Shown piece by piece: positions 60,846 through 64,000 of a stretch of 64,000 bases of DNA. The first letter of the stretch is position 1. The number at the start of each line of letters is the position of its first letter. Source of the stretch: Raillietiella orientalis (Eukaryota); contig JAYWIR010000078.1 of the NCBI GenBank assembly GCA_036172245.1, forward strand, positions 1 to 64,000. The letters run 5' to 3'. The position numbers were made by a program, and so were the translations under genes. The notes below the pieces were generated by a model, which saw only the letters and a list, made by a program, of their open reading frames with translations, was not told the DNA's origin and made no database searches.

Positions 60846-62979
60846 GAAAGGCAAACAGGAATCAACATTGAATGTACACTCACATAAGCACTGTTGGCAT
60901 AGCAAGCAACTGCTCCATCTGATGGGTTGACTTTATGATGCAGATCAAACATTTCTTTGCAATGTCAATTACCAATGAAATCTTGATTATCTTATTTAGT
61001 TGTATCTCAATTTCATTAGTGTTCCAATGGGTGTTCGCAATTGTTCACAAGTCCTAGTGTTTAAACCAATTGCTGTTTGAAGAAGAACTTTGGAAGCAGA
61101 GTTAGTAGGAGTTACTTTCTTGTATTTTAACTGGATAGATGCAAAATGATCTTTCATGAGATTCATTTGGTAATGAAGTGTATTCTCAGAACTCCCAGTT
61201 ATTAAACTGAAGCTGAGAAACTGTTACACAGTTTCATGGTGTTTTCTTTGAAATTCGCTTTCAATTTGTCTTCCACTGTAGGTGTTGCTGTGCATGTATG
61301 TTGAAAATCTGTTGTTATTTTCTGTTTGGTGTATGGTTATCTGTTATCTTCTTGTGTTGGAGTTGCAGAGAGAATGCGAAATTAACATGAAACTCCTAGC
61401 AAAGAAAGAGTGAAGAAATAAATGATAGTTTAAAATTGAATACAGTTGCTAAATTTTGTTGGTACTCTCAAGCTAATTTCGGTTGTTGAAGCCATATGTT
61501 TTTTGCATTGGTTTCAGTGGGTCAGGTCTGATAGGACATTCGAAATGATCAGTTAATGTAGCTTTCCCTTTAATTTTCCGTCGGTGAAACGACTATTGTA
61601 TTTATCATTGTGTATTCATTACTCTTGTTTGTGTATGTGTAATTTTTGTTTTGTTGGTTTCGGAATCAAGGAGTAATATTAAAGGGAAATAATAACGAAT
61701 TGGGTTGAGTCCATGCTCACAAGCATTGATTTGTCTCTGTTTCCTTTTTTCACAGTTCCAATAGCACAGAAAACCAAACACTCTTCTGAAAGGGCAACTA
61801 ACTGCCAGTCAGAGCTGACCCAGATTGCAGAGGTCACAGGAAATCATGCTAGACACAGTGCTCAGTTACGTGGAACAAGTCACTTAAGCAGATGCTACTG
61901 CAGATGGCTAAATGAATCCTGAAGAATTTGAGGAGATGTTCCAACACCAATGTCAAGGTGAGGAAACTAACTATCAATAGTCTTCATCTTATTTTGATCA
62001 GGATTTGCTGATGGTAATTTATGCAGCTCGGGTGTGTAGCACTCCAGTGTTGGTCAATGAAAAGCTGTGTTCACTGAATGCTGGAACATGAATAAATTCT
62101 TTCGAACAATCTTGGTGTACGAAGTTTTTTATTCATGAGTAAGATACAACTCAAATGGGTAGCATTTTCGTTTTTAATGTGCATAAAACGCTACGTATGC
62201 ATGATGAAACATACAAAGAAAAAGTGTTTTGGCAAGAATTGAAGTGTGTCAGCTTCTTAGGAAACTTTAGAAAACAGCATGGTGTCTTGTCACTGGGACT
62301 GGAAACATCAGCATGCTTGGTGCTCACAATCTCCTCGTCGAAAGGCTCCCTAATAGTTGACTGCATGGTGTTGCAGGAGTACTGCTGTTGAGATGAGAAA
62401 CTCACTTGCTGCAGTCCTATATTGATGACAACCTGCATTTTTTCCTGTTGCCTTGGGCATCCACGTGTCTTGTGAAGGCAGTTCAGGCGTGTGTATCCGA
62501 TGTGTGCTGTGCACGAGTGGAATGTGTCCTTTTTTCCGTGTTGCAAAAAGGAAGATGACAGGGACATGTTGAAACAGTTGTGCTACCTCAAAGTCAGAAG
62601 GTGCCACAGAACATTGCTTCATGAACAAGGAGCATCCTCACTGGCATCTTGTTTAGAAAGACGGAATGGACAATTGGTTTCTAGATTCTCATGGACAAGG
62701 AAGTGAAGAATTCGGCAGCGTGGTTTTGGTGGAACGCATAAATGCTTAGCGCTTTAGCGTGGGAAATGCCTTTGTTCGGTGGCATTGGTTCCAATAGGTG
62801 TTCAGTGGAATAAGGGATGATGCAGCGGTGGGTTGTGATTTTCTCGTAGTTGGGGTCCTTGTTGAGGAAGATGATGAAGCGAGGTGGATCGTATAATTTA
62901 AGGTGACGTTGACATTTTGATGGAGCCCAGCGTTCCGATTTTCCGGATTTGCATAATGCCGTAGTTGCTGTGGTCATGT

Positions 62980-64000
62980 GAGGTCCAGCACGATGATTTT
63001 GTCTCCTTTCCCCATGTGGTTGGCGCCGCTCTATTTGCGATTGGTTACGTGCAGTGCCTAGCATTTGATATGTTTAGCTTCTGTGGTTTTTCCCCAGTTA
63101 CCTTGGTAGTCGGTGTACCAAGGATTGTCCGAGTCTGTTGCTGTCGATGTTGAAGCCATTCTGTTTATCGAACGGTGGTGGTTCGTTTTCGCAAAACCCT
63201 TTTTCTGTTTTTTCCCTCTTTTCTGTATGCGAAGATCTGAAATGCATTGTGTTCCTTTGTGTTTGTAATCGATGTACTTGCTCTTGTATAGTGGGAGGAT
63301 TTTCGTAGGTCTGTGGGCTCCTTTCTCATGGTTGTTGGACTTTTTGCGTTGAGCATTTCGTTTGGAGGTTTGCACGGGAGCTCTTGACAAACGTTGGATT
63401 GGTTTTAGGAGACGTATCGTGGAGGGTATTGCTGTTTGGAGGCATCCCTGGAGGTGAGCGGTTGGTGTTCAGCTTGCCTCTTTACCGAGGATTGCGTGTT
63501 TTGCTTTTCGAAGTGACCTTTCCTGTGTTTCCTCCGCGGTTATCCATCTGTTTGAGGTGAAGCACCGCTGCGTGCTCTTTGCCTATGGCATGTTGCGACT
63601 CTTTGGTGTGTGTGTGTTTGGTTTTCTACGGTTTCGAAAGTGCCGAGGTCAGGGTTACCCTGCCCACTATCCAAGTGCTTTTGCTGTTCTCAGAAATGTT
63701 TCTTTACGTGAACTTCGCCGTAGACGTGGTGTATTGCATTGTCGTGATGATCATCGTATGGGAAATTCAATTGGTAATTTGGGACGTGCTTCCTCTTGGA
63801 TTGGTAAGGTGTTGTGTTGTGGTGCGCGTATTAGGTGTAGGGATTTGGCTTTTACGGAGGGTGCTGATACTGTTAGTCAAGAGTTGTGGCTTGTCAGCTG
63901 TGAAGTTTATTAGGTTGGTTGCTTTGTGTATGATACCGATTTGCATAAGCGCACGGTGAGTACGTTGCTTGGATTGCGGAAACCAACTGCAATTTCGAGT
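62980..64000 (-). mobile_element. Possible decayed C-terminus of an RLE-type (R2/NeSL/R4-like) non-LTR element
   Basis: Broken-frame motifs SENSKSTWIVG (~63670), TAHLQGC..LHD (~63440) and KIIVLDLT (~62990) occur in the order expected for pre-CCHC, CCHC/RHD and RLE. The minus strand is A/C-rich. Confidence 0.25.

Noticed and set aside
62155..62391. GSLIVD motif reminiscent of a SEA domain
   Set aside because: Short isolated match with no supporting exons.

Overview
Eukaryotic (metazoan) genomic DNA from an AT-rich genome with many 35-60 bp introns. A compact nematode-like genome is plausible but is inference only. Architecture: (1) 1-7865 and 41562-~51350 are the two arms of a very large inverted repeat, each made of a ~423-bp tandem array plus a ~1.6-kb non-repetitive segment. 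(2) Between the arms lies a ~33.7-kb island with three recognisable conserved spliced genes: WDR59 (GATOR2, minus), TBC1D14/12-like RabGAP (plus) and RPP40 (plus). It also holds a possible orphan gene and a 7.5-kb GC-rich mosaic of at least seven L1/Tx1-type non-LTR retrotransposon fragments whose three 3' ends share a covarying stem-loop. (3) A second ~644-bp tandem array (~11.5 copies) follows at ~52140-59450. (4) The last ~4.5 kb holds heavily decayed minus-strand retroelement remnants. Most ORFs in the supplied track are artefacts of the satellites. Identities and copy numbers are by-eye estimates, not computed.
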